Sequence record: LR746137
Reading direction: 5' to 3' (one strand)
Source of the DNA: Escherichia phage vB_EcoM_UP17
Length of the DNA stretch: 64,000 bases
This document shows positions 28,991 through 38,761 of the stretch, in pieces (position 1 is the stretch's first letter; every line of letters starts with the position of its first letter). Made by a program: the position numbers and the translations under genes. The notes under the pieces are model-generated. The model did no database searches. It saw only the letters and a list, made by a program, of their open reading frames with translations, and had not been told where the DNA came from.

Positions 28991-29201
28991 TGATACGCTC
29001 CACAGTTACTTTTACAACATCGTCCATATTAATCTCATCCCCCAAGACCTCAATAACACCTTCCTCATAAAGTCGAGCACATTCTTCCCACACTTCAGCT
29101 TCCGTCATTCCACCTGCAATCTTATTTGCAAGACCTTTAATAACATCTTCATTTTGTTCATCAACAAGAATTGAAACATTAAAGCTCACTAATTTACGCA
29201 T
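28983..29201 (-). CDS. Hypothetical small acidic protein
   Basis: 72 aa; overlaps the downstream gene start by 8 nt. Confidence 0.45.
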   Translation of the reverse strand: MRKLVSFNVSILVDEQNEDVIKGLANKIAGGMTEAEVWEECARLYEEGVIEVLGDEINMDDVVKVTVERIND

Positions 29202-29211
29202 TGTTTTCTCC

Positions 29212-29364
29212 TTATACTTCTAAACGGAAAGTTTCTTTAGATACAAAATCGTATCCACCTTTTTCAAGCCAGTCATTATAAACCTCATCGGCTTGAGACT
29301 CTATCATAAAATACCGAGTGGTAATTTCGTCTCCGACAATACGCACAATTTTATAGCAAATCAT
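29212..29364 (-). CDS. Hypothetical small protein (50 aa)
   Basis: ATG (plus CAT 29362-29364) to TAA (29212-29214), translated by hand as MICYKIVRIVGDEITTRYFMIESQADEVYNDWLEKGGYDFVSKETFRLEV; fills an otherwise empty gap. Confidence 0.3.
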   Translation of the reverse strand: MICYKIVRIVGDEITTRYFMIESQADEVYNDWLEKGGYDFVSKETFRLEV

Positions 29365-29378
29365 GATACCATTTCCCA

Positions 29379-29591
29379 TTAATCTTCCTCCAGATCAATT
29401 TCATTATAACAATGTATGCAGAAACCATCATTGTGCATATGTTGTTCATAAGACATATCTTTACCACAAGACCAACAACGGATATCCCCATCGTCCCATT
29501 CACGTTCTTCTTCGCCTTCAAATTCATCTGGTAGGTAAGGCATACCAAAGTAGTCTAAATCGTAACTCATATCTTCTCCTACCGAGTCCAC
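29379..29591 (-). CDS. Small acidic zinc-ribbon-like protein
   Basis: 70 aa; CWSCG ... CIHC Cys pairs, very acidic termini. Confidence 0.45.
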   Translation of the reverse strand: MDSVGEDMSYDLDYFGMPYLPDEFEGEEEREWDDGDIRCWSCGKDMSYEQHMHNDGFCIHCYNEIDLEED

Positions 29592-30157
29592 TCCTTACGT
29601 TGTTCAATATGTTCGAGCATATCGTTATACAATGTTTTAAGATGTGGAACAACTCTTTGATCTTCTGTTTCAAAAAACTTTGTAAGCTGTTCTGCTTTAG
29701 CTTTCAACCAACAAAGATGTGCTTGGAGTTCCGTATCGAAACGACCGAGTGTTATGATACGTCCTCCGATTTTAATATGGGCCTTATACTTCTTACGATC
29801 CTTCTCATAATTACATCCTACCATTTGACCTGACTTTTTTCTGTAGGCTAAAAACTTATTAAGATTTCCAGAAATCATTAAGCAAGTATCAGGGGAGTAG
29901 ACTCCCCCTCCCATAAGATCCTTATCAAGTTCCGAGTTTTCCCAGTCGTCCCAAGTTTCCAACCAAGAGTAGAAGTTGGAAAACAGCTTCCACTCTTCAC
30001 AAACCGTCACTCCATGGTAAACGACATCTCTTGCCTGTTGGCAAGATGAATAACACCTTCCCAACATTGCCATCCATTTCATATAAGCAGGGTGCATAAC
30101 CCCTTCAGGAGATCTTGCAGTAATGCTCCCATCAAAAACACCGTGACCATAAACCAT
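29579..30157 (-). CDS. AP2-domain DNA-binding protein (homing-endonuclease-associated type)
   Basis: C-terminal YKAHIKIGGRIITLGRFDTELQAHLCWLKAKAEQ resembles the AP2 fold; directly downstream of the polymerase gene. Confidence 0.4.
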   Translation of the reverse strand: MVYGHGVFDGSITARSPEGVMHPAYMKWMAMLGRCYSSCQQARDVVYHGVTVCEEWKLFSNFYSWLETWDDWENSELDKDLMGGGVYSPDTCLMISGNLNKFLAYRKKSGQMVGCNYEKDRKKYKAHIKIGGRIITLGRFDTELQAHLCWLKAKAEQLTKFFETEDQRVVPHLKTLYNDMLEHIEQRKEWTR

Positions 30158-30186
30158 AAAAACTCCTTAATAAGTAATAGGTTAGA

Positions 30187-32784
30187 CTAATGGCAACTCG
30201 CCCAGGAATTACCCACATCATATCCAGCAGTAAGCTGAACATTAAGATTGTAAAATTCTCCAGCCTTAGTAACAGCTAAGGCAGCAAGTTCACCTGCCCG
30301 ACTATAGGCTGTAAACCATCCACCTTTGGGAGATTCATGAATGTTAGCCCAAATTTGTCCCGTCTCTTTTTCCTTATTATGCTTCCATTCTTCAACTTTA
30401 GCAAGGCATTCTTTATCAATTTTCTTTTGTTCTTCAGGATCGTCTACTTTCTTCCAACCTAATGATTCAGGTGAAAACCATTTGAATTCTACAAGGTTAC
30501 GAGAAACTTCAAGCTGGGCTTCATCGTGATATGCAATCATTTGTTGCACGAAGTCTTTATTCTTCCAGTCATCTTTAAAGAAGTCAACACTTAGCCCTTC
30601 TTCTTCGATCATGTCATCATAAATAACCATTGCACGTTTAGCACAGATAACCCCACCACTTTGGAACAGAGAGTTAAGAATCGCGTGAGCAGAACGAGTA
30701 GGAACCTTACGACCGTCAATACCCAAAACATATTGTTTACCAGTCTTAACCCAAAAATCGTTTAAACGTTCTTTAAGACGCGCCAATGGGAATGCAGCTT
30801 CCCAGAAAGCATCGAACACCAATTGACCTGTAAACTTGTCGCTACCAATTGTTTTAGCAACCTTGTCGGCTTGTGCACCATAGGTAATACCATACTTAAC
30901 AGATTTAGCAGGACTACGTTCAAATTTACGTCCAATAGTTTCAGTGATACGTTTTGCCATCATTGTGTGAACATCGTTAGGTTTCTCTAACAACAGAGCG
31001 TTACAATATTCGTGTGGCTCCGGCTCGTACCGCCAACAGTAGTGTGATTCAATTTTTGCTTCCAAAGAGTCGAAGTCGTAGCCGATCTGGAAGTATTTAG
31101 GAACCTCTACACCAAACAAGTTACGCATCTCCCACCCAAACAAAGATGTGACACGAGGAATATTAGCTACAGATCTATGCTTCATACGAGAGGTTGCAGC
31201 ATCACATGTAGCGGCTGGGGTAGGAATACGCCCATCCGCCCTTACTGCGGCTAAGAAACCTTTATCGTATTCTTGATCTTCTTCATCTTCTTCCCAATCA
31301 GCACCGCCACCTAAAATAGAGTTCCTACGATGCTTATACGTTAAGTATTCTACAATCTGTGTAGCATAAGGGAATTTCTCACCTAAAGCTTGCAGGTTAG
31401 GACAGATTTCTTTTTCCTGACCTTTGGTAAAACATGGGTTAGTCAATACTTTAAGACCGCGACCTTTACCTTTTGCTATACGCTCTTGAATCTTCCTTTC
31501 CAGGGTTTCCGGTGTGCACTCCAGATGATCACAACGATCCTGACAAAAATTAGAAGATAGGGTTTGCTCAACGTAAGCTCGAATACCTTTCTGAAGTTCT
31601 TCCTCGCTCTTTTTAATCTTGGTGCCAGATTTAAGAGTCAAGTCTTTATCTTTATATTCAGACGGTACCCAACCTAATCCTACAAGCCAGTTTTTAATAT
31701 GGGTTGTATCGTTCAATGTTGCAGGAATGTTAGGATCACATAGAGGCTCATCTGCTGCAACTGGCAGTTTCCACTCTTTCCCCAACATAACTAACCACCA
31801 ATCGCCATCCCTCTCTTCCAAATGACCATCATGTTTCTTAGCAAAATTGATCATATGGTTAGTTGGCTCTAAGTTCTTTTTAATTTGCAACTTAGGTGGA
31901 ATAAAAGCCTTAAGATAACCTTTTGTTGCTGGTTTAGGTGGCAAAATAGGCTCAACAAGTAAACGAAGACGCTCCATTTCTGCATCCAAAAAAGCAAGGT
32001 TCTCTTCTGCTTGTTTCATGTTAAAAGCAAACCCACGGTGTTCCTGGCGTGTAATAATGTCTGCTACACGTTGTTCAAGTTCAAATGGACCTTCCCATTT
32101 ATCATAATCACCCCATTCTTCCATAAGGTAATTATATACGCTCGTATTGGCTTTGTTGTCATAGATACAGTAATAAAGCATATCCGCAGCAAAAGTCTTA
32201 AATCGATCTTCTTCTGGAATCTCTTTACGGAAATCTATTTTTACATCACCACCTGCTTTTCGAGAAAGTGCTGCCAAGCTATGTCCTGATTTGCCCTCAA
32301 TCTTTCGATCTGGGTTTAACACTTTACTCAAAATCAAGGAGTCAATAAGTTTTACCTTATTTTTGCCCCACGTATTATATTTAACACTGTAATCTAATCC
32401 ATAAAACAGTTTTGTAGCCAACCAGTCGTAGTTGATACCGTTGTGAGCCACAGCCATTTCAACCAGATATTCAGGCTTGTCTTTAAAATAACCTTCATGA
32501 TTAATAAAATCTGGGAAATCTTTTAGTTGAAAATGTGTGTAATCTTGCGCCACATACTCTTTAAGAACATATGTGTATTTACCATCTGACTCTTCATAAG
32601 GACGCCCATCAAAGATGTATTTAGGGCCATCGTGGAAAGCTACTATTTCTCCTGTTTCATGGTTCTCTAAGACAATACAGTGCATTTGAAATGTGTCTTT
32701 GAGACGATAAGGACTAGCTAAATAATCAATAGTGTCATTATTCAACAATCCGTTTGCTTCAATATCCCATGTAAACTTACTCAC
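30187..32784 (-). CDS. DNA polymerase, family A (T7-like), with 3'-5' exonuclease domain
   Basis: 865 aa; Exo I-like DIEANGL at the N-terminus; motif A-like GYDFDSLEAKI; motif B RSPAKSVKYGITYG; motif C AYHDEAQLE. Confidence 0.85.
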   Translation of the reverse strand: MSKFTWDIEANGLLNNDTIDYLASPYRLKDTFQMHCIVLENHETGEIVAFHDGPKYIFDGRPYEESDGKYTYVLKEYVAQDYTHFQLKDFPDFINHEGYFKDKPEYLVEMAVAHNGINYDWLATKLFYGLDYSVKYNTWGKNKVKLIDSLILSKVLNPDRKIEGKSGHSLAALSRKAGGDVKIDFRKEIPEEDRFKTFAADMLYYCIYDNKANTSVYNYLMEEWGDYDKWEGPFELEQRVADIITRQEHRGFAFNMKQAEENLAFLDAEMERLRLLVEPILPPKPATKGYLKAFIPPKLQIKKNLEPTNHMINFAKKHDGHLEERDGDWWLVMLGKEWKLPVAADEPLCDPNIPATLNDTTHIKNWLVGLGWVPSEYKDKDLTLKSGTKIKKSEEELQKGIRAYVEQTLSSNFCQDRCDHLECTPETLERKIQERIAKGKGRGLKVLTNPCFTKGQEKEICPNLQALGEKFPYATQIVEYLTYKHRRNSILGGGADWEEDEEDQEYDKGFLAAVRADGRIPTPAATCDAATSRMKHRSVANIPRVTSLFGWEMRNLFGVEVPKYFQIGYDFDSLEAKIESHYCWRYEPEPHEYCNALLLEKPNDVHTMMAKRITETIGRKFERSPAKSVKYGITYGAQADKVAKTIGSDKFTGQLVFDAFWEAAFPLARLKERLNDFWVKTGKQYVLGIDGRKVPTRSAHAILNSLFQSGGVICAKRAMVIYDDMIEEEGLSVDFFKDDWKNKDFVQQMIAYHDEAQLEVSRNLVEFKWFSPESLGWKKVDDPEEQKKIDKECLAKVEEWKHNKEKETGQIWANIHESPKGGWFTAYSRAGELAALAVTKAGEFYNLNVQLTAGYDVGNSWASCH

Positions 32785-33578
32785 TATTCCTCCTTTCTAA
32801 TGTTCTCCAGAACCCACTGAAGTTCTTTTAAACTTAAACTTCTTACTCCCGCAGTTTTACTAGCTTCAGCTTTAAGTAACGGGTAAGCCTCAATGATACG
32901 CGTTTTAAGATCAGAAGTCAAGGCTTTTAAAAAATAGGTAGATGCTTCAGATAAAGAATCTTCTTCTGATAACACTTTACCTGCACTTGCCCCCGCTCTC
33001 CTAACGGCTATATCGTAGTCTTTACTGTTACCTAATACGAATAGTCGATTCTCTCCTAAAACAACGGGAGAACGCTTCTCGTTGCGTTTAATCCATATCT
33101 GGAATACACAAGGAACATCCCAAGGTTCTCCATGAAGAATAAAAGACCCTTTTGGACATTCTTCTTCGTAAAGAAGATGCATATGGGGATTTAGTTTGTG
33201 TGCAAAAAAGATTTTTTGAAATGTGCGAGGCAAGATAAAACAAATACCACCTTCGTTATCCAGCATTTCAGCACAATGGTTAAAGAACTTAATGGCAAGA
33301 CTAGCATTTTTTCCAAATGGAGGATTACCGACAAAAGCAGTTACACTACCAACAGACTCAACAGATTGAGCTAAAAAATCTGCCTCAATACAATCTTCAA
33401 ACTTAGGGTCAATATCAAAAGAAGTTATGTTTTTAAAACAAGAAGAGAAAGCTCCTTCTCCCGCAGATGGTTCTACGTAGTTAGCTTCCTCTCCAAAAAT
33501 TTCTTTGATCTTATCACATAAGAACCCCGCATAAGCGGGGTTAGTGTAATATTGATCAAGTGTGTTCAACTTGCTCAA
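32784..33578 (-). CDS. DNA methyltransferase (N6-adenine or N4-cytosine class)
   Basis: Motif I-like EPSAGEGAF and motif IV NPPF (D/N/S-PP-Y/F class); 264 aa. Confidence 0.65.
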   Translation of the reverse strand: MSKLNTLDQYYTNPAYAGFLCDKIKEIFGEEANYVEPSAGEGAFSSCFKNITSFDIDPKFEDCIEADFLAQSVESVGSVTAFVGNPPFGKNASLAIKFFNHCAEMLDNEGGICFILPRTFQKIFFAHKLNPHMHLLYEEECPKGSFILHGEPWDVPCVFQIWIKRNEKRSPVVLGENRLFVLGNSKDYDIAVRRAGASAGKVLSEEDSLSEASTYFLKALTSDLKTRIIEAYPLLKAEASKTAGVRSLSLKELQWVLENIRKEE

Positions 33579-33587
33579 TAGTCCTCC

Positions 33588-34019
33588 TTAGTTGTTAGCG
33601 AACTCAATAGTGAGGTCAACTTTACCATCGTCAGAAATAACCATGTTTTTGGTATTTTTAAAGATGATATCTACTTTACCTTCACTTACACGACAGAATG
33701 CAACACCATCTGCAACTTTATCAATATAATATTTGTAAGAAAGAATACCCACTTTACTACGACCAGCACCTTTTGTGAAAGAAGGGCTTACATCGAAACG
33801 GAAACCTTTAGAAGAAACAACACGGTAAGAACGTCCAGTTGGAAGATGTTCAATAACAGAGACATTGTTCTCAACAACTTTTACAGCAAACTCTTCAGGA
33901 TGATCCTCAACAATCATATGTGGGATGGCAAATGCCAACGCTTGTTTGTGTTTAATAACACCAGCACCCAGAGCACCAGCAGCTTTAACTTTTGCATTCA
34001 GATTGATTGTCATACGCAT
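33588..34019 (-). CDS. Hypothetical protein
   Basis: 143 aa ORF. Confidence 0.5.
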   Translation of the reverse strand: MRMTINLNAKVKAAGALGAGVIKHKQALAFAIPHMIVEDHPEEFAVKVVENNVSVIEHLPTGRSYRVVSSKGFRFDVSPSFTKGAGRSKVGILSYKYYIDKVADGVAFCRVSEGKVDIIFKNTKNMVISDDGKVDLTIEFANN

Positions 34020-34089
34020 TTTTACTTCTCCTCTTGTTTGGTTGATGAGACAAGTATAAGTCCCTTCCGTAAAGTTGTCAACAGGTATT

Positions 34090-34113
34090 TTTAATAAAAG
34101 GGCCGAAGCCCTT
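34090..34113 (-). terminator. Rho-independent terminator (minus strand)
   Basis: GGGC-TTCG-GCCC hairpin followed on the minus strand by UUUUAUUAAAAAU; overlaps the stop of the primase-helicase gene. Confidence 0.5.
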
Positions 34114-35890
34114 AATAGTTGCTATCCGTAGGCAAATTAGCAGGATTGTTGAAATACTGCTCTTTGTCATGCAGAGTTGCAGTTCTAATGTCATAGTAAA
34201 ACTGCCCTGCCGGACCAGTTTCCGAGAACTCACGGTTTTTTAGGATAAAGCAATGAGTCGTATTGCGTTCTACAGGGTCTTCAGCGGCTTTATCTCGTTC
34301 CAGAGCCAAGGTAATACCAGCACCTTTAGCCAAGAAACTACTACCCATTGCATCGTCCTCTGTTAAGTGTTCATTGCCACCATTAGCCGATTTCTTAACG
34401 TGTGAGATGACGATAATAGTTATAGCATACTCTTTCATGATGCGCTTCAACCATGTTGCTAACTCTTCCTGGGCTTGAACATCCATACCAGAAAGCAAAT
34501 CAGAATAAGGGTCGATAACAAGAATTGTTACTCCAAAATAGATGATCATCTCCAAAACTTTTTCTTTGATAGACTCCACATCTGCTCCACGATCATCACA
34601 CACATAAAAACGTGGTGATCCATCTTCTCTTTCGTAAAAATCTAGGATTTTTTCTTTATTCTCTTCCAAGATTTGAAATTTCTCTTCCGGTGTTTTCCTG
34701 TGTAGAGGAATATGCAGGAACGAGGACAACAGGTTACGAGAATATTTCTTATAAGTTGCTTCCAAGGACAGAATACCTAGGGTATGTTCTGGGTGCGCAA
34801 CAATAATATGTTTGGTGATCTCGTTCACCATCAAAGTTTTACCGATACTGGTCTTTGCCAGGATAACTGTAATCTCTTCCTCTACTAAACCACCACCCAG
34901 CATGTTTGCAGCTACACGCATAAAAGGAGGCAAGGTAATCATCTTGGATTCCAAGCATTCTAATGCGGCTTCATACAAGACATTAGAAGCATAAACACCT
35001 GCTGGGGTGTATAGACGAGCACTCCAAAAAGCTTTTACGAAATCTTTTGCACGACCTTCTTCCAGATACTGATTGGCATCCTTAAGATCCATCTGCATAC
35101 GGTAGACTTTGTTACGAGGCAGCACCTTAACAATATTTTCAAATGCCTCATTACCTGCTTTGTCATTATCCATGCAAACAATAATCTTCTTAAATTTTTC
35201 AAAGAAAGGGTATTGTGCCTGAACTTGTTTATACATACTGGTTTCACCAGTTGTGCCACTAACTACTGCTGGGAGTTCATATTTGTTGTCCAAGTTTTCA
35301 GACAGCATTTGATAAGCTGCCAGAGCATCGTGTTCACCACCTGTAATTACCACAGTGTGAGAACGGTCTGCAAAACGAATTTGTCCAAAAAGATCTACAT
35401 CTTTACCTACTTGACCAATAGGTTTACTGAAATCTTTAGGATGAATACGACGCTTAAAACCAACCAATTCTTTACCGATGGTAGTTGGATATAAACAACT
35501 TTCTACTACCATCTGGTCCCCTTCCTGACGGTATTCATAACGAACACCATAGAAAGATGAAACTTTTTCTTTAATGCCTCGATAACCACGTGGGTTGGTT
35601 GATGTTTCTTGAACAATTTTACGATGAATCTGTTTATTAAATTCCGAACCCACAATCTCCTCCTCTTCTTCTAAAACTTCACCATTTTCTCGTAACCATT
35701 CTACGCTAGGAATAGTGTATTCACACGCAAAGCACTTAGCACCTTTATGCTCTCCATTAGAATCTAATCCATAAACCATCAGGTTATTACGAGAGCGATC
35801 CTTGCCATTTTTCATGCAGCGCGGACAACCTGTATGCCCTTCCTTGCTAAGATCAACATCAAATCCATATTTAGTTATAATGTGCGACAC
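34112..35890 (-). CDS. Primase-helicase (T7 gp4-like): zinc-binding primase, TOPRIM, DnaB-like helicase
   Basis: N-terminal CPRC ... CFAC zinc ribbon; TOPRIM ITGGEHDALA / VCMDNDKAG; Walker A AKTSIGKT; Walker B-like ILVIDPYSDL. Confidence 0.8.
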   Translation of the reverse strand: MSHIITKYGFDVDLSKEGHTGCPRCMKNGKDRSRNNLMVYGLDSNGEHKGAKCFACEYTIPSVEWLRENGEVLEEEEEIVGSEFNKQIHRKIVQETSTNPRGYRGIKEKVSSFYGVRYEYRQEGDQMVVESCLYPTTIGKELVGFKRRIHPKDFSKPIGQVGKDVDLFGQIRFADRSHTVVITGGEHDALAAYQMLSENLDNKYELPAVVSGTTGETSMYKQVQAQYPFFEKFKKIIVCMDNDKAGNEAFENIVKVLPRNKVYRMQMDLKDANQYLEEGRAKDFVKAFWSARLYTPAGVYASNVLYEAALECLESKMITLPPFMRVAANMLGGGLVEEEITVILAKTSIGKTLMVNEITKHIIVAHPEHTLGILSLEATYKKYSRNLLSSFLHIPLHRKTPEEKFQILEENKEKILDFYEREDGSPRFYVCDDRGADVESIKEKVLEMIIYFGVTILVIDPYSDLLSGMDVQAQEELATWLKRIMKEYAITIIVISHVKKSANGGNEHLTEDDAMGSSFLAKGAGITLALERDKAAEDPVERNTTHCFILKNREFSETGPAGQFYYDIRTATLHDKEQYFNNPANLPTDSNY

Positions 35891-35902
35891 TTTGTTCTCC
35901 TG

Positions 35903-36181
35903 TTAAAATGGTTCGTTAGTCTCCATCATATATTCTGCTTCTAGTTCTTCCATGTGCTTTCTAAATTGGAAAGCAATTTCTGCTACAGTTACATTTAAAT
36001 CTTTTTCAAAAACTTCTGTAGAGCCTTCGTAAAAACGAATACCGTCAATTAAAAGCCCTCCGTGGTAATCCCAATCACTTTCACGAGAAAGCGGGTTAGG
36101 CTCTTCATAATAGTAATCCACCTCCACGACTAAGGCTTTCCCGTTACGAGTGGTGTATTCAAAATCAAAAGTGTTAATCAT
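35903..36181 (-). CDS. Hypothetical protein
   Basis: 92 aa ORF; stop/start overlap with the downstream gene. Confidence 0.5.
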   Translation of the reverse strand: MINTFDFEYTTRNGKALVVEVDYYYEEPNPLSRESDWDYHGGLLIDGIRFYEGSTEVFEKDLNVTVAEIAFQFRKHMEELEAEYMMETNEPF

Positions 36182-37125
36182 TATAGCTCCTCAAATAAAA
36201 GTCTACGACGCTCATTCAACACATCAATGTGATAATGAGTCCTGACATACTTAGCTAATGCTAATCCTTTCTCCATGCAAACATCGGGAGCACTTAATAA
36301 GTATTCCGTAATATCTTTCCACTCGGAAGGTGTTTCAGCAAAGAATAGCAGATCTTTAAACTCTTGTGTATGATAATTCTCACGAGGAGAACAGATCAAA
36401 GGTAAACCCTTAGCACCTGCCTCAAGAATTTTAAGATTGCTTTTTGCATTGTTAAACACGTTATCAATCAATGGCGCAAGACTGATTTGATGACCATCGT
36501 AAGATTCCATGTAGTTGGCATATGGTCTTACACCTTCATAAACACAAGTTGGTGCTACATTTTCTCTGATCACAGACCATTCACGACTACTTAAAACTTC
36601 AGAATCCCTACGAAAACCACATATTGTAAGATCTTTACCAAAATCGGGCAAGATAGCCAAATCTTGTTTATGTGTTTCACTTCCAGCCCAGACTAATGGA
36701 GTTTTGGAGTAGCGATCACGGGTCAACACAAATTGGCCTTCATCGTAAGGAAGTCCATTAGGGATTATGTGCACATTATCATTGTATTGTGAAAGTTCAA
36801 CTTGCAAAGCAGGTGTCGTAGTTGTAACAAGATCGCTGTGCTCTAAAAACCATTTTAAATGTTCACGAATACCTGATTCAAAAATACCTTCTAACATGTG
36901 TCCTTTTGGAATAACTAAAGAGTCATCCAAATCCATAACCATTTTAAAGCCTAGGTTTTTAAGGGCTAAAAAGCCCTCTTTACCTTTTGTTGGCACCCCG
37001 TTAAAAACGAAAACGTTGTGTTTAGGTTGTGAAGAGAACTGCCTTGAGTAAGGCAGCACTACCCTATGGAAATCGCAGACACTATAATTGATTCCGTTAC
37101 GATTGTCAAGAATTATTTGTCCCAT
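36181..37125 (-). CDS. Glycosyltransferase (GT-B-like), paralog 1
   Basis: 314 aa; clearly paralogous to the adjacent 315 aa protein (NNAKSNLKILEAGAKGLPLICS vs NNCKSNLKILEAGAKGIPIVCS; shared WAG..H..DL and NALP(F/Y)D.GQF blocks). Confidence 0.5.
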   Translation of the reverse strand: MGQIILDNRNGINYSVCDFHRVVLPYSRQFSSQPKHNVFVFNGVPTKGKEGFLALKNLGFKMVMDLDDSLVIPKGHMLEGIFESGIREHLKWFLEHSDLVTTTTPALQVELSQYNDNVHIIPNGLPYDEGQFVLTRDRYSKTPLVWAGSETHKQDLAILPDFGKDLTICGFRRDSEVLSSREWSVIRENVAPTCVYEGVRPYANYMESYDGHQISLAPLIDNVFNNAKSNLKILEAGAKGLPLICSPRENYHTQEFKDLLFFAETPSEWKDITEYLLSAPDVCMEKGLALAKYVRTHYHIDVLNERRRLLFEEL

Positions 37126-37132
37126 ACTTCAC

Positions 37133-38080
37133 CTACAAACTTTCAATAACCTGGCGTCGCAACTCGTTTGCATCTGCCAGATTATAATGTGTTCGAACAT
37201 GTTCAGCCAAGAACAAGCCACGATCTTCCCGATAGTTTGGATTGCGAAGAAGCTTAACAATTTCGTAATGCCATTCTGCTTTATTCTCTGCGTAAGCAAC
37301 AGCGCGAGCATCTACAGGGTTAAAATAAGGTAATACCTTAGAACAAACAATTGGAATACCTTTTGCTCCAGCTTCCAGGATTTTGAGATTACTTTTACAA
37401 TTATTAAAATCATTATCTACCAAAGGAGCTATAGCAATAGCATGACTTTCGTAAACACTCATGTAATTATCTAAATCTTTTACAGCGGCTTTATATTTGG
37501 CATTTGGTAAATTTCTGCGAATCTTAATCCACTCTTGTCCTGTGATGCTTTGTGATGCTTCATATCCCGCAATAGTAAGAAGTTCATCATCGAAAGTATT
37601 AGAGACTAGTCGTAAGTCTGGTTCGTGACTAGCACCGCCAGCCCATACAACAGGGGTACCGGATGAACGATCATTTGACAAAGTGAATTGTCCACTATCA
37701 AAAGGAAGTGCATTTCGGATCACAACAACATTCCTATTTAAGTGACGGATCTTATATGCCAAATATTCCGTGGTTACAATAACCACATCCGCAAGCTTAA
37801 CCATAGCTACAATAGCATGAGTGTTTGACTCGTATAGACTTGCTAAATAATGTTCTGGATTGAGTTGGTAGAAATCATCTAAATCTACAACAATCTTAAC
37901 ACCTTGACGTTTCAAAGATAAAACGTATTCTGCACCTTTAGAGTGGATACGGTTAAACACAACAACATCTTTCTTAGGTTGAATATTATTGTTGTTAAAG
38001 GGCATAACAATACGATGATAGTCACAACCGCTATGAGGTTTTGCATCAATTTTTAGTTTAGACCATTTTTTATTTGACAT
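37133..38080 (-). CDS. Glycosyltransferase (GT-B-like), paralog 2
   Basis: 315 aa tandem paralog of 36181..37125; contains a 10-bp tandem direct repeat at 37541-37560. Confidence 0.5.
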   Translation of the reverse strand: MSNKKWSKLKIDAKPHSGCDYHRIVMPFNNNNIQPKKDVVVFNRIHSKGAEYVLSLKRQGVKIVVDLDDFYQLNPEHYLASLYESNTHAIVAMVKLADVVIVTTEYLAYKIRHLNRNVVVIRNALPFDSGQFTLSNDRSSGTPVVWAGGASHEPDLRLVSNTFDDELLTIAGYEASQSITGQEWIKIRRNLPNAKYKAAVKDLDNYMSVYESHAIAIAPLVDNDFNNCKSNLKILEAGAKGIPIVCSKVLPYFNPVDARAVAYAENKAEWHYEIVKLLRNPNYREDRGLFLAEHVRTHYNLADANELRRQVIESL

Positions 38081-38753
38081 GTGCTAGTGCCTCCTCATAG
38101 GAAATTCGGATTTTCCCATTTTTAATATCCTCTAAAGATGCTTTATATTCTTCCCAGTTAATCCCAATAGCAGCTTCTTTCTCTTCTTTTGTCAGATTAG
38201 CAAAAGGCATAGGATTGTTTCCAAAAACATCGTCTGGGTGGATATAAGCCATGATACGAAGTGGACAAGGTGTTGCCTGAATACCATGATTCAAACCAGC
38301 AGCTTGCAAACGGTGTCCCCATTCAGCATCTTCAAAACCATAACCGTGAGTGTAAGGACGGAAATAACCCATCTTCTCAACAACGGCACGAGAATACATT
38401 GCAAATTGACACATTGCAAGTTCCCAGAGAATAACTTCTCCTTTGCTTCCAACAACTTTATCTTTGAAATACTCCGGCATACCAAAGAAATCCCATCCTC
38501 CAGAGACAGCTTGATCTACAAAGTATGTTTCCCATCCCTCCATGACTGGGTAGCAATCGTCGTCAAAAATAAACCAATAATCATAACCTTCTTCATAAAA
38601 CTGGTGCATAAGTTCATTCCTGGCATAAGCTACACCTTTACGATCTGGATCGTTGAATACTCGAAAATCTGCACGTGGATCTGTTACAAGGTAGTCTTTA
38701 AGTGGACGGACACCTACAGTGATAACACCCACTCCGATTTTAATATTTTCCAT
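38070..38753 (-). CDS. Glycosyltransferase, GT-A fold (DxD type)
   Basis: N-terminal IGVGVITVGVRP; DDD (FIFDDDCY) motif and YGFEDAEW block typical of GT2-like enzymes. Confidence 0.45.
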   Translation of the reverse strand: MENIKIGVGVITVGVRPLKDYLVTDPRADFRVFNDPDRKGVAYARNELMHQFYEEGYDYWFIFDDDCYPVMEGWETYFVDQAVSGGWDFFGMPEYFKDKVVGSKGEVILWELAMCQFAMYSRAVVEKMGYFRPYTHGYGFEDAEWGHRLQAAGLNHGIQATPCPLRIMAYIHPDDVFGNNPMPFANLTKEEKEAAIGINWEEYKASLEDIKNGKIRISYEEALAHVK

Positions 38754-38761
38754 TTTCTCTC

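Noticed and set aside
37541-37560. 10-bp tandem direct repeat TGTGATGCTT x2
   Set aside because: Inside the glycosyltransferase coding sequence and not a multiple of three; most likely chance or a minor slippage relic rather than a regulatory repeat or CRISPR-like element.
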